From Lama glama (Eukaryota), in contig CM052816.1 in NCBI GenBank assembly GCA_028534125.1, forward strand, positions 15,626,001 through 15,690,000: a stretch of DNA of 64,000 bases. The letters are read 5' to 3'. Every line of letters begins with the position of its first letter. The first letter of the stretch is position 1. The notes beneath the pieces are model-generated. The model did no database searches. It saw only the letters and a program-made list of their open reading frames with translations, and was not told the DNA's origin. This document shows, piece after piece, positions 13,184-25,650 of this stretch. The position numbers and the translations under genes are program-made.

Positions 13184-15223
13184 GTTTCAATCCTTCCTTT
13201 TCTTCTTTTTTAACCTTGTAACGTTTCTGTTTGTAAAAAAGCTCCCTCCTGGACTTGGCTCAATATAATGAGACCTAGGAAGATACAGAACTTACTGGTT
13301 TTTGCAGAGAGCTTTTCTCATTCCACCTTCCCTCTCTACCTTCTTTCTCTGAAATCAGTTCCCTGGCAGAGCATTCTTAATTGTCCCTTCTTGTCCTTCT
13401 ATTTGCTTCACCTTTCTTTTTCCAAGCAATATCTCCTGAATATCTTGATCCCACCTATCCAAGTTCAGTCATTTGTCATTTCAAAAGCCCCTCAATTCTT
13501 CTACTGATTTTAGAAAACTAGGAGGGAAGAGAAATTTGTTCTGCTTGTGACAGAGGCTCTTCTACCTGACCATGTCTGGGCATAGTGTAGGCTAAATGGC
13601 TTGCTTAGAAGAATGGACGTTGTATATATGCCATGACAGAGGCATGTCAGAATATAAACACTCCTGTGCTGTGTTTATAAAACATTATTACTTTACTTTG
13701 GGCTGTGTTAGCCTGTATGTTCCATGCTGGGTTCATATTGCAGTGGAGTAACATCATAAGTATTTTTAAATTATGTACATTCAAATATACACAATGAGAG
13801 ACAGGGAGGAAAGGAGAGAAAGGGAGAAAAAGAGAGAATTTAAATTTTGAAGGTAAATCTCAGGCATTCCACTAAATGTGCCTGTATCCAGAGTGAGCAT
13901 AAGAAGGGAGATGTGAACTTGCTGTCTCCTTACAAAGTTGTGTCTATAGAACTGTACTTTATGAGCAATTTTAAGGAATTTTAGAGATTTAATTTTTTCC
14001 TTATGTTGATTTAGAAACCAACCCCCACATTAGATGCTATGACCAGATAGCAACCAGATAGCAATGAATGATTGCTGCTATTATGTTTTGTAAGAGTGTT
14101 TTTCAATTGTTCAATGCATTTGAATTCTTTTCACCCAACTAAATTGACTGCCTTTGAAAGAAAATATGAGGTCTTAGCTATCACACAATGTTGCACTTCA
14201 CCTTGTCTCCTCAGGGTTTGCAACCAGGTGTCAGGTCAAGATTCTGGTCTCCACAGGTTGAATTCCCAGGTTCATATTCTAGCTCTGCCATGTATTTGCT
14301 GAGTGACCTTAAGTTACTAAGTCTCAGGTTTTTTCTCATCTGCAAGATGGGGATGATGCTGATACTGACCTCGCAAGGTTACTGGAAAGATTAAATGAAA
14401 TAATGCATGTAACATGCTTGAGCCAGCACCTGGTGGTTAGTAGGTATTCAGTAACTCTTAGCTATGATTATAATAGGTGAGGTTGCATGGCTGCACGGTA
14501 AGTCTGCAGTTTGAGGAGTTGCCACTGAAAATTGTGACTTCTGAATGTGATGGTAAGATCCAGTCAGGCTTCCTTCCAACAGACAGCTAGTCAGCTTGTA
14601 ATTCCAGTTAGTTTTGAGGGTTTCTTTTTTCACAGTAATAGGTTTAGTAAGTTTACAGATCTGAATAATTACTAACTTCTGAGGACTACAAAGAAAATGT
14701 GATACATTTACAGTAAAATGGTACGAAATGAACTTAAGTAAAGTTTGGATCCCTTTTTAATTTCCACTAACAGTTATCAACTACTTTTGAGTGCCCTGTC
14801 CTATTTTCAGGTGTTAATGGGAGATAATCTTCCTCCCATCACTAACAAACTTGCTTTGCATGTTTAAAATACCAGCTTTGGCACTGGTGCTCAAAGGTCT
14901 TAGAGCTTGGCAAAAAGATCATGAGAGCAGTTTGCTCCTGTTTCCAGTTTTCTCATTCTCTTGCCTGGTGGGTACTCAGTCCTCATTCTATGGTTTCTTA
15001 AGAGAAAAAAAAATCTCAGCACTCTTCCAATTATTTTCTCTTCTCTTTGCAAAAACTTACAGGGAAAGAGGGGAAAAGAATCGTGACCTTACTGTGCACA
15101 TACCCTTTTCCAGTCAGGGTTTCCTTGGTAGTTCGCTTTGCAGCCTTAACCTGCAAAATCCCCCAGCTTCTGTTGCTTCTTTTTAATCATCACTTAATAT
15201 CATTAAAATTAGTTTCTCTAGAG

Positions 15224-15437
15224 CAGAGGTTGGCAAACTATGACCCACAGGTCTGATGCCTTGTATTTGTAAATAAAGTTTTATTGGAAGAGAGCCATGC
15301 CCATTTGTTTACCTATTATGTGTGGCTGGGCTCCTTCTACAACAGCAGAGTTAGGTGGTTGCCATGGAGACCATCTGGCCTAAAAGCCTAAAATATTGAC
15401 TGTTTGGCCCTTTGAGAGAAAGTTTACAGACCCACTG
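15224..15437 (-). mobile_element. hAT-Charlie MITE MER58A with perfect 8-bp TSD
   Basis: TIRs CAGAGGTTGGCAAACT / AGTTTACAGACCCACTG; TSD CTCTAGAG at 15216-15223 and 15438-15445. Confidence 0.88.
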
Positions 15438-15464
15438 CTCTAGAGCATCTATAGCTTACAGCTC

Positions 15465-16627
15465 TGTATTAGTTATCTATTGGTAAATAACAAATTATCC
15501 CCAAATTTGGCTGCTTAAGACAATTGATATTGTTTCTCATTTCCTGTGGGTCAAGAATTCAGGAGTGGTTTAACTGGGTTAAATTCGGAGTTTCTCATGA
15601 AGTTGCAGCCAAGACATCGGCCAGGACTCCAGCTATCTGAAGGCTTGACTGGAGCTGAAGATTCCACTTCCAACATGGTTCACTCACATGGCTGGTAGTA
15701 AAAGGCCTGTTTCCTTGCTAGCTATTAGCAGGAGGTGTCAGTTCCTTGCCACGTGGATTTCTTCACAGGGCTACTTGAGTCTCCTTACCAACTAGCAATT
15801 GGCTTCCCTCCAGCAAGTGATCTGAGAGAGAGCAAGGAGAAGCCTGTAAAATCTTTTATGATCTAGTCGTGAAAGTCACACACCCTTACTTGCATATTAC
15901 TCTGTTTATTAGAAGGAAGTTACTCAATTCGGTCTACACTCATGGAGAGGAGAATTACGCTTCATCTTTTATTTCTATATATTTATTTTTTTGTAGCTTT
16001 GAGGCATTTTCTTATAAGAAGCTGGTACTTATACACATAAATGAATAAGAACTAAAATTCATCACACATTTACCTCATTTTCTTGCTTGACCTTCTAGTG
16101 AATCTTTAGCTTCACTGATTTTGACTGCTATATAAGGAGATCCTCCCTTGTCTGGGTGATAGAAAATCATAATTCATTGATGAGCTTCTCTTATTTTTCC
16201 TTTATTGGTAGTAGGGTTTACAACTAGTATTAATGCTGCTTCCTATTTTGTCATTTTGGGTTCAAGCTCATCTCTGTAATAGCCACTATTGAAAGCAGAT
16301 TTTGATAGACTAGGAAAAACTTGTTGTACTCGAGGCTCCATATGCTTCATGGCTTGCAAAACAAAAGGGCCTGCAAATCCTGCAGCAGCAATGGTCAGTC
16401 CAGCTGCTACCACTGCCCTGACTGTGGCTCCAGCTCAGCTCCCCTGCCTCCATGGGGAGTGAGGCTCATGGCAGCCCAGAACCCGCAGCCACCAACTCCA
16501 CAGCTCTATGGGAAAGCAGCCACCACCAGCACGCACAAACCGCTCAGACACGGGTACCCCAAGACTTAAGTTTCATCTTTTAAAGGAAAGTGTAGTAAAG
16601 AATTTATGGAAATTTTCAAACCACCAA
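15465..16627 (-). mobile_element. MaLR solo LTR (MLT1G/H-like), split by the DNAJC19 retrocopy
   Basis: Begins TGTATTAGTTATCTATTG; GTGGGTCAAGAATTCAGGAG and TCTGAAGGCTTGACTGGAGCTG motifs; resumes after 16581 with AAAGAATTTATGGAAATTTTCAAACCACCA. Confidence 0.8.
15971..16571 (-). pseudogene. DNAJC19: Processed pseudogene of DNAJC19 (mitochondrial import J-protein TIM14/PAM18)
   Basis: The minus strand at 16425-16075 gives 117 uninterrupted codons: (T)[113 protein letters not shown]. Start codon is mutated to ACA, there are two premature stops and no introns. 5' UTR 16426-16571, decayed poly(A) at about 15971-15992, TSD TTCATCTTTT at 15961-15970 and 16572-16581. Confidence 0.95.
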
Positions 16628-16689
16628 CCTAAATTCCAAACCATTTTTAGAGAGTTTTTTTTTTCAAAGGCCTATAAGATGAATTTAAA

Positions 16690-17068
16690 AACTTTTTAAG
16701 GACTGGTGAGTAAATATTTTTGGCTTTGTGGGTCATATGGTCTCTGTTGCAGCTTCTCAATTCTGTATCAGGAAAGTAGCCAGACAATAGGTAAATGAAT
16801 GGGCATGGCTGTGTTCCAATTAAATTTTATTTACAAAAATAGGGGGTAGGGTATAGTTCCATGGTAGAATAGGTGCTTAGTATGCATGAGGTCCTGGGTT
16901 CCATTCCCAGTACCTCCATTAAAATAAATAAATTAAATAAATAAAAACCTAATTACTGCCACCCCCAGAAAGATTGATTAAAAAATAAAAGTAAATAAAT
17001 TTCAATTAAAAAAATTAAAATAGGCAATGAGTTGGATTTGGCCCAGGGGCTGTAGTTTGCCAATGCCT
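16690..17068 (+). mobile_element. MER58A, second copy in opposite orientation, split by SINE copy 2
   Basis: GTAAATATTTTTGGCTTTGTGGGTCATATGGTCTCTGTTGC...GGCTGTGTTCCAAT; resumes GGATTTGGCCCAGGGGCTGTAGTTTGCC. Confidence 0.82.
16842..17020 (+). mobile_element. tRNA-derived SINE (vic-1-like), copy 2, inserted into MER58A
   Basis: GGGTATAGTTCCATGGTAGA...GGTTCCATTCCCAGTACCTCC-(AAAT)n-CCTAATTACTGCCACCCCC-A tail; flanked by AAAATAGG direct repeats. Confidence 0.88.
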
Positions 17069-19574
17069 AATTCAGACAATTCTTCAAGAACACAAATCAA
17101 AAATTGACTCACATAGAAGACTTAACTTAAGCCAAAGATCTGTGCCTCTTTGACCTTTCTTAACCATGTCATAAGCTCCTCCAGGACAAGAACCATGACT
17201 TACACTTCTTTTTATTCTCCTTCAACACCTAATAAGGTTCTGAGTAAGTAGTTGCTATTTAATTAACAATTATTTATTATTTAATGGGTTCATAGTATTC
17301 TGTTGTATGACTCTTCTATAATGCTTAGCCAATTGTGTCTAGTCTTTGTTGGTACAAATAAGCTGCAACAAGTGTGATTCTGCATATATATTTGTACACA
17401 TGTGAGTAGATTATAGGAGAGATACCTAAAAGTATAATTATTGAGTCAAAGATCATGTGTACTTTTAATCTGATAAAAAGAGTTTCAAATTAATGTTTAT
17501 GTGTCATTTATTCCATATACTAAATGTACAATATTTCAGGACAAAATGAAGATGTATAAGGTGACTTGAACTTTATTTATAGATTTGCATTTCCTTTGTG
17601 ATCTTCCTAGAACCCTGTAAGCACTTTCTATGCAAAGTAGTACAATTAAATGGTGATGACCTATTGTCAAGGTGGTGTCTGTAGGTCAAAGAATAGGCAG
17701 AAATGGTATATGTCTCCTGTTACCATGTTTTCAGAAACTTCTTGAGATGTCTCATAGAACTTTTAGATTTCCCAGAACATAAGACAGAAATCACCACTAG
17801 CACTGCCCTTGCCACACCAAAAATCCCTATCCTGAAAGTCCTTGTTAAAACACAGATATATTCAGGAGGCATAATATCCCCTTATCTCACCACCATGTCA
17901 GTGTATCCTATGGAAAGTGCCAAAGGATTGGCCTTGCATCAGTGGACCAAGAAAGGGCAACATTTAAGAAAGTCATTCTCCATTAAAAGAATTTGTGGAA
18001 GAGGGGAGGAAGGGACCGAGATGTATTGAGTACTTACTAAGTGTCAGAGTCTTTACTCACGCTTTCTGCTAAAGAAGATATTATTATATCTCTTTCACAG
18101 ATGAGGAAAAATGCTTAGGATTTATTGACTTTATTTACTGATCAGTCAAGATTGATTTGAATTGGGGTCCTTCTAACTCCAAATCTCTGCTATGTTATGC
18201 TGCCTCCCAGTATGCTCAGAATGTATTGATAGTCTCACGCTAGAGACATACAAGACCTCAGGGCACTGATTTCCCCAGCCTGGCCTTATGACACTCACAA
18301 CATTCAGGAAAATTTAGCCTCTGCTCTGGTGTGCTCTGTCCAAGAGCAAAGAAGCAGGAGCTGTCCATCTGAAAGCAGACTTTTCAGCAGGAAAAGGGAA
18401 GCCAGCAGAAGAGATGGGGTAACCAGAAGTGATTACCTTGACCTAGAGTTGAGAGAAATGAAATGATTTAACTTAGCCATAGTCTCCGGTCATTACGCTA
18501 ATTAGAGGAACTAAAAAAGAAAGAGAAGGCAGAGGAAAGGAAAGGGTGGTGGTTAGGGGGAATACCTGAGAGAAATAAACTGCTTGCTATTTATGGTTCC
18601 AGTGAGGCAAAATCAAAACTGAAACTTCTTTGCTGTGCCTCTTCGTGATTCTACTTGAGGGGGAAAATCTATTTTACTGTATTTCAGTTTCTGTCCCTAA
18701 TAAATATTAGAAACAACTTTGTAATTCTAATAATTCTAAGAAATACTTCTTTCCCTGTTCTTCAAAATTGTTCCTGGATTGTATTTCTTCCAAATATATA
18801 ACATAATGCAGATCAACATATATAATATAATGAAATAGCTAAGGTAAAATTTCACTCATTTGGACTCTAGTAACTTAGAAATTATAATAAAAATCAATCA
18901 TAGGTTATGCTGAAATTTATCTTATTGGTAGTGTAGATTTTAAAAAAGCAATGAAATCATTGAAAAAACAAGTCGTGATATTCAGTTCATTCAAGGAAAT
19001 TAATTATCTGTAAGCAATTTAACATCTATTTCATATGTATTGCTTCAGTCTGAATTCGGAGCAAAAAAAAGTTGAAATTATTCAGTAAAGAAACTCTTGT
19101 TTACATGACATGAGACAACTGACTTAATCCTTAAGGTACTATTTATACACTCTTAGATCAGCTTTTGGGGAACGTTAAAAGAGGTTAAAAAATAATTTTT
19201 GGAGGAAGGGTTATGCTAAAAGGAAGTAGAGAATTAGGATCTAGAAATTACTATTGGAATCAACACGTAAGAGGCTTTTTGGTGACATCCAGAGGTTGGT
19301 TTTGGTAGTGTGGTGTGAATGGAAGCAAATTTTCAGCGATTTTAGGAATGACTTAAGTAGTAAGGAAATAGAAGCTTCTAGGGAATAATCATTCCAAATA
19401 TTTAACAGGGAAATGAAGGAGAAAAAGGAGGGAAAAGCAGTAAGTGCAAGTGAAGAGTTTTGCAAAAAGCGGGAAACTTCTGCATGATGAGAGGCAGAAA
19501 AAGAAGACTATTCTAGAAAGGGATGGAAAGGGATGGAAAGGAATGGGATTAAAAAGCTGGGTAGGGCCATTTTT

Positions 19575-19775
19575 CCTCTCTTGGACTGGCCTGCTCCCAG
19601 TTCTTGGGAGTGTACTATTTTTTACTACCTTTTTACTTTACTAATAAAATCTTATTTATATCACGCTTTCTATCTCTCGTTAAAAATTCTTTTTTTTTCA
19701 GGTGATTTAAGAACCGAGATAATTCTTATTTCCCTCCTCCCGGTAACATTACTTTTTGTGCCATGACTCGGATTG
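19575..19775 (+). mobile_element. ERV1-class LTR 3' portion (R/U5) followed by a tRNA-His-type primer-binding site
   Basis: GGAGTGTACT...AATAAA...AAATTCTTTT...AAGAACC...CCGGTAACA end (19748); then TTGTGCCATGACTCGGAT (19756-19773), a 16/18 match to TGGTGCCGTGACTCGGAT. Confidence 0.7.
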
Positions 19776-19814
19776 TGCTACAAAATAGAAAAAAGGTTGC
19801 TCTTTGAAAGACAG

Positions 19815-20785
19815 TCTAAGAAAATGAGAAGACAAACCACACACAGGAAAGAAGCATTTGCAAAACACATGTCTGATAAACTATTGGTAACCTGAATATG
19901 TAAAAGACTCACTAACCTCAATAATAAGAAAACAATCCAAAAGAGAAAAAAATTGGCAAAGATTTGAACAGACACTTCACAAAAGAAGATATACAGATGG
20001 CAACAAAGTACAGGAAAAGGTGCTCGACACTATTAGGCATTAGGAAAGTGCAAGTTAAAATGCCGATGAACCGTCACTAAGTATCTAGTAGAATGACTCA
20101 AAAAAAAAAATCATCAACAACTGATAATGTCAAATTCTGGTGAGGATGCAGGAAACTGGAACTCTCATACATTGGTGGTGGGAATGCAAAATGGTATAGC
20201 CAGCTTGAGGGGCAGTTTGGTCATTTTCTATAAAGTCAAACATGCATTTATTCTCTGATCTAACAATCCCACTCCTAGGTATCTACTCTAAAGAAATGAA
20301 GGCTTATATCCACACAAAAAGCTCCATAGGGATATTTACAGCAGCTTTGTCCATATTTTTCAAAAACTGGAAACATGCCAAATGTCCATGCACATGAAAC
20401 AAATAGTGGTACACCAGTACAACAAAATACTGTACAGCAATGAAAAGGAACAGACTACTGATACATGCAACATCATAAATGCCTCTCAAAAGCTTTATAC
20501 TCAGTAAAAGAAGCCAGATTCAAAAGACTACCTCCTGTATGATTCCAGTTGTATGACATTTGGGAAAAACTGTAGGAACAGAAATCCAGTCAGCAGTTGC
20601 TGGGGCGTGGCTGGGGGTGGGGGAAGTACAAAGAAGTAGGAGGGAACTTTTTAGGGTGATAGAAATACTATGCATTTTGATTGTTGTAAAGGTCACATGA
20701 CTGTATGTTTGTCAAAATTCATAGAACCTTATACCATAACAGGATTAATTTTACTATATATAAATTATACCTCGATCAACTTGCA
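19815..20785 (+). mobile_element. L1 (L1MB/MC-like) ORF2 end and 3' UTR, degenerate
   Basis: GATTTGAACAGACACTTCACAAAAGAAGATATACAGATGGC, GGTGGGAATGCAAAATGGTATAGCC, AATCCCACTCCTAGGTAT, TAAATTATACCTC. Confidence 0.88.
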
Positions 20786-21629
20786 GAGCAGTTTTAGAGG
20801 ACTAGGTAAAGAACAGTTCCCATGCAGGAGTAGGGACATTTGAGCATGCATGTCTTTTCTTGTTTGAAAGTTTTGCATACATGTTTCCTTTGCTTGAGGG
20901 GTCTCTTCCTTTCCTTTTTTCCTGAATAATTCCTCATTCTCCTTTAGGTTTCAGTAAAGCATTACTTTCCCGTAGAAAGTTTTCCCTGACCACGTAGACT
21001 AGGTTAATTTTCCTGTTACGTGCTCCTGATAGCATTCTTATCTAATCCCTGTGGCGGTGTATATCATACTCTATTGCAATTACTTTTAAAATTGTTTCTC
21101 CCCTTTTGTGCTGTAATCTCCCTGAGAGCAGGAATAGCACCCATCTTAGTTAATTATTGGACCCTTGTGTTTAGCACACATCCAGGAAGACTATTTGTTA
21201 AATATATAAATCAGAAGGTTTGGAATGGCTCAAGGAGTAACTGAAAATTAAATTGATAAGGGACAAAAATATGTAAGTTATTTCCAACACTGCATCTTCA
21301 GTTCTGACCTCGTACCTCTGTTCTACTCTCATAATTGCCTATGTGTAGATTGTCTATGTGATATTGTCACATAGACGTCCCACTATTACCTTAGCTTTGA
21401 TATTTCCAAGCAGAAATAATTTTCCCCTCCTCAATTTCATTCAAATTGAACTATTTTCCCAATTATTCTATTTCTGTCAAGTGGATTCTCTATATACTTC
21501 CAAAGGAGAAATCTAATTACATTTTTCCCTTCTGTTTGCCTTCTCATCTATTTGATATAAAAATTTGTAAATCCTTCCTTTAAAATGTTTCATATTTGAC
21601 TTTTTTATTTCCACTGCTATTCTTATAGC

Positions 21630-22120
21630 ACCAAGAATGGTCAGAGAGGCAGACCCCAAACCAGGGAACACACATTCAAACATGTAATGATGACTTGTGG
21701 TAAGTACACAGAAGAAATAAACAGAGTGCTGTGATAGAGAAGCATGGGGCGAGGAAGACCTAATCTATAGAGAGTGGCAAAGAAAACTTCTTTGAGAAAA
21801 CCAAATTTAAGCTGAGAAGAATGAGAGTGAGCGAGCAATAGGGAGAGTAGAAAGAAAACCGTACTGAATTGAAGGGAAAGAACTTGCATAGGACTTGAGG
21901 TGCGGAAAAATTTGATGTTCCATTGTAGCGTGTTCCAGGAACTGAAAAAAAGATGATTACAGCTGGAGGGCAGTGAGCAATGGGGAAGAGTGATATTGAA
22001 GGGATGGGAGAAGCAGGCAGGGACCCGACCATGTGAAGTGCTGTATATGATAGCAGAGGTTTAGATATTATTCTTTCTAATGTGAAGCTATTGAAGGATT
22101 TTCATCAATGGAATAACATA
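21630..22120 (-). mobile_element. L2 fragment
   Basis: Purine-rich ladder typical of antisense L2 (TTTAAGCTGAGA..., AGCTGGAGGGCAGTGAGC, GAAGCTATTGAAGGATTTT). Confidence 0.6.
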
Positions 22121-22124
22121 ATGC

Positions 22125-23150
22125 AAGAAGAAATGATGAGCAAGAGAATTGCTAAACATGTGAGCATGTATAAAAATTTATTATAAACAGTGTCAACCAT
22201 GATATCAAGTATAGATTGAGAAGATGTAAAAACTGAAATACTAGAGGACAACAAGCAAGATGAGAGGCAATTGGAGATAAAGCTTTTTAAGGCCCTTGAT
22301 TATTCAGAAAGAGAATTGATATATTTATTGACTTTAGACTTTCTAATGTACATGTTAAAAATATAAGGATCATTACCAAAAGGATAGAAACATAGAATCT
22401 AATCAAGACATGCAAGAAGGAAAAAAAAGAATTAAAAATGGCATTATAAATAAAAAACACATCATAGAATTGTAGAAATAAGTCCAAATATGTCAGTAAT
22501 TTAAATACATAAATATATTAAGCTTGTCAATTAACATCAGAATTGCTTCTCTTATATAATAAGGAAAAAATGTATCTATACGTGTTTGCCGTAGACATAG
22601 CCAAAACATAAAGGCATAGGAATGTTGAAAGTAAATGAATGGAAAAACATATGATGGGCAAATATTGCCCCAAAGAATGCTAGTATAGTGATATCAATGC
22701 CAAAGCAGACTGTAAGGTGAAAAGTGCTGTTAGGAACAAATATTTTTAAAAATAAATAATAAAGGAATAATTTACCTAGGAGATACAGCAATTATGAATC
22801 TACATGTAAATTATAATATATCATCTTCAGATATAAAGCAAAAATGTTGGCAGCAGCGCAAGAAATAACAAATTTTAAATTACAGTGGGAAAGGTTTTTT
22901 AACCACATTTCCTACAGAAACAGATAAAGCAGACAAAATATTAATAAGGATATAGAAGATACAAACAACACAGTTAGCAAGATCAATTTCATGGACACAG
23001 CTAGAATCCTTCACCTAACAGAGAGTACATGTGCTTTTTAAGTACATGTGGAAAACTTACATTTTCCTGCAAAGCCAGTCTCAAATAGCAAAAGAATTGA
23101 TTTCATACAGACCATATTCTTTTTTATCACACTATAACAAAACTAGAAGT
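22125..23150 (+). mobile_element. Ancient L1 inter-ORF / ORF2 endonuclease-region remnant
   Basis: A-rich; GTTGAAAGTAAATGAATGGAAAAACAT, AAGCAGACAAAATATTAATAAGGATATAGAAGA, TCATACAGACCATATTC; reading frame destroyed. Confidence 0.75.
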
Positions 23151-23484
23151 ACACCCCACAATAGAGCGACTTTTAGTTTCTGTCTTCAGCACATGGGTAG
23201 ATAGTAATACTATCATTTACCGAGATGGGAAAGTCTGAACGAGGAAAAGGTTTTTAAGCTGGGTGGAAATAGGGTCAGAGGAAAGATGAATTAGTTCAGA
23301 GATGTCTGGCCAACATAATACCTAGTGAGGTATTGGGACAGATGTACCTCAACTGATCACCAGCCATAGATTTAACACATCTGCTGTGACCACATTTCTT
23401 TTCGAAGAACCCTCTTTCTATTTGGGGGTTATGTAAATTTGAGTTTGAAATTTACCTAAATTAATATTGCCAATTAATTGGTTA

Positions 23485-23503
23485 CGCTGCCACCTTGTGG
23501 TGT
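23485..23503 (-). promoter_or_regulatory. Candidate CTCF binding site
   Basis: Reverse complement CACCACAAGGTGGCAGCG matches the core CCASNAGRKGGCRS at every position. Confidence 0.6.
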
Positions 23504-23854
23504 ACTTTAGGATAGCTCTTGCATGATCCTGTCTTTACCAAGAACGTTCCGATATGATGGTTTTTCAACTAGCACCCTGTCCACATTTACAAGTTGTTCC
23601 TCACAGGGTTGCATTATGACTTTAATGGGACTTATGCTCTTTTGCCTTTATGCATCCCTTACTCTATAAGAACTTTTTAAATTTTTATGACTATTGGTAT
23701 AAAGATTAATATAACCCAAGCTGGATTTATTGTCATTACATTTATTTTCCTTTCGGTTTCTTACAAAAGAAATACAAATTGAAACATTCTCCTCGGTCTT
23801 TAAAAGTGTCATGGGCTTTAGGTGCTGTACCTAATAGGTAAATAGGCTCTGGGC

Positions 23855-25490
23855 TCAGTGTTCCGTTGTAAGAGACCTCCCTTCTCCCCCATGTATCTAT
23901 CTGATTATCTATCTATCTATCTATGCCTGTGGACTCCTGGGTTGCTATTTTTTTCCAATAGTCTGTAATTCAGTATTGTTTTCACTTAGTTTGATGCTCA
24001 AATTGTCCCCAATTTGGCCAGTGGGAGCCTCTTCAAGCTGGCTCCCATATCCTTGCAATATTCTCCCTTCATCGAAGGAGACCAGGTTCCTTTTAGTGGG
24101 TAATGGTGTTAGAAACCAAGATCTGGGCACTAGACACACTCATTTCTGTTGGGTGTATTTGCTTCTTTAGCTATTCTTGCCTTTGAATAGCCAGGCCTAG
24201 GAAATATATACATGTATATACACATACACATGCGTACATCTGTACATACCTGGCACATACATGAACACTTATATATGCGTACATATTCATATTTTAGAAA
24301 TCATGAGTTCACACCAGTTTCTCTAATTCCAACCTATCTCTACAGGATTCTTTCTTGCCTTTCCTCATCCTGTACTTACATATCCCTTCTTCCACAGTGA
24401 GAAACTTGGTTCTTAACAATTTGCTCAATCCTAGATTACATCTGAAATACTTTCAGGATTGCTTTGCCCACACCACTATAATTCACAACCCTACTAAAAA
24501 GAGTTCAGGGTTTGTTTGCACTTTTCTCTCCGTCCCCTCTCCAAAACTGAGGCTGTACTGAGTCCATAAGTTCCTTGGATTAATTCTCTTCTTTATTTTA
24601 TTCCCATTTAGTGTGGTCATGGTATTCACTGGAAATAAATTGTGTCCATTTGTTCAACTGGCTTTTGGTTTTTTTTCCTCCCTTATCACTGATCTATTTT
24701 TGAGTATGTAAGATACAAACATACTCTCAAAAGTCAAAACTATATAAAAATTTACACGCAGAGAAAGGTCATTTCCTTCTATGCCCCTTTTACTTATTCC
24801 CCCCACCCCTACTCCTTGTAGGAAGCACATTTTGTTGTTTTCTGGTTTATCCTTCATGTATTTCTTTTTGTAATGATAATGCATATCTTCTTGTTTTCTC
24901 TTTTTTCTTACACAAAAGGTAGCATGTTATATATGCTCTTTTGCACTGTGCCTTTTTCATTTAATGTCTCTGGGAAATCATTTCATATCAGCTCATGGAG
25001 ATCTTCTTCATTCTTCTTGACAGGTACATGGTACTCCATTGCATGGGTACGCCGTAGTTTATTGAGACACCTCCTTCACTTAGTTAGTTTCCACTACTTT
25101 GACATTACAAGTATTGCTACAAATATATAATATTGTTCATGTGTATTTTTATATTATTGGATGTATAACTTCAGGATAAATTTCTGCAAGTGGAATTGCT
25201 GTGTTGAAGAGTAAATTTGTATATAGTTTTGATGTATTCCCTCCAGCCATGTATGAGAGTATCTGTTTTCATACAACCTCACCAACAGAGTGTATGGTCA
25301 AGCTTTTGATTGTTTTGAGAATCTAATGAGTGAAAAAAATGATATCTCAATATGCTTTAATAATTTACATTGCTCTTATTATGAATGAAGTTGGATATGC
25401 TTTTCTGTATTTAAAAAACCATCTTGCTAAATCTCTTTGTGAATTGTCTGTGCCTTTTGCCTATTTTCTATAGGAAATCTATATTTTTAC
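23855..25490 (-). mobile_element. Old L1 3' region (L1MC/ME-like)
   Basis: GATGCTCAAATTGTCCCCAATTTGGCCAGTGGGAGCC, TAGAAACCAAGATCTGGGCACTAG, CAGCCATGTATGAGAGT, TTATGAATGAAGTTGGA. Confidence 0.75.
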
Positions 25491-25499
25491 TATTTAATA

Positions 25500-25650
25500 C
25501 AGTAGCTTCTGGTAATTGACCACTTGAAATGTGAAATGTGGCAAGTACAAATAAGGGACAGAATTTTAAATTTTATTTAGTTTTAATTGCTTACAATTAA
25601 AATTTAAATAATCACATGTGAGTAGTGGCTACCATATTGGACAGCACTGC
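25500..25650. mobile_element. hAT-Charlie MITE (MER3-like)
   Basis: CACTTGAAATGTG...GAATTTTAAATTTTATTTA...CACATGTGAGTAGTGGCTACCATATTGGACAGCACTG. Confidence 0.75.

Noticed and set aside
16321..16569. + strand 82-aa ORF
   Set aside because: Antisense shadow of the DNAJC19 pseudogene.
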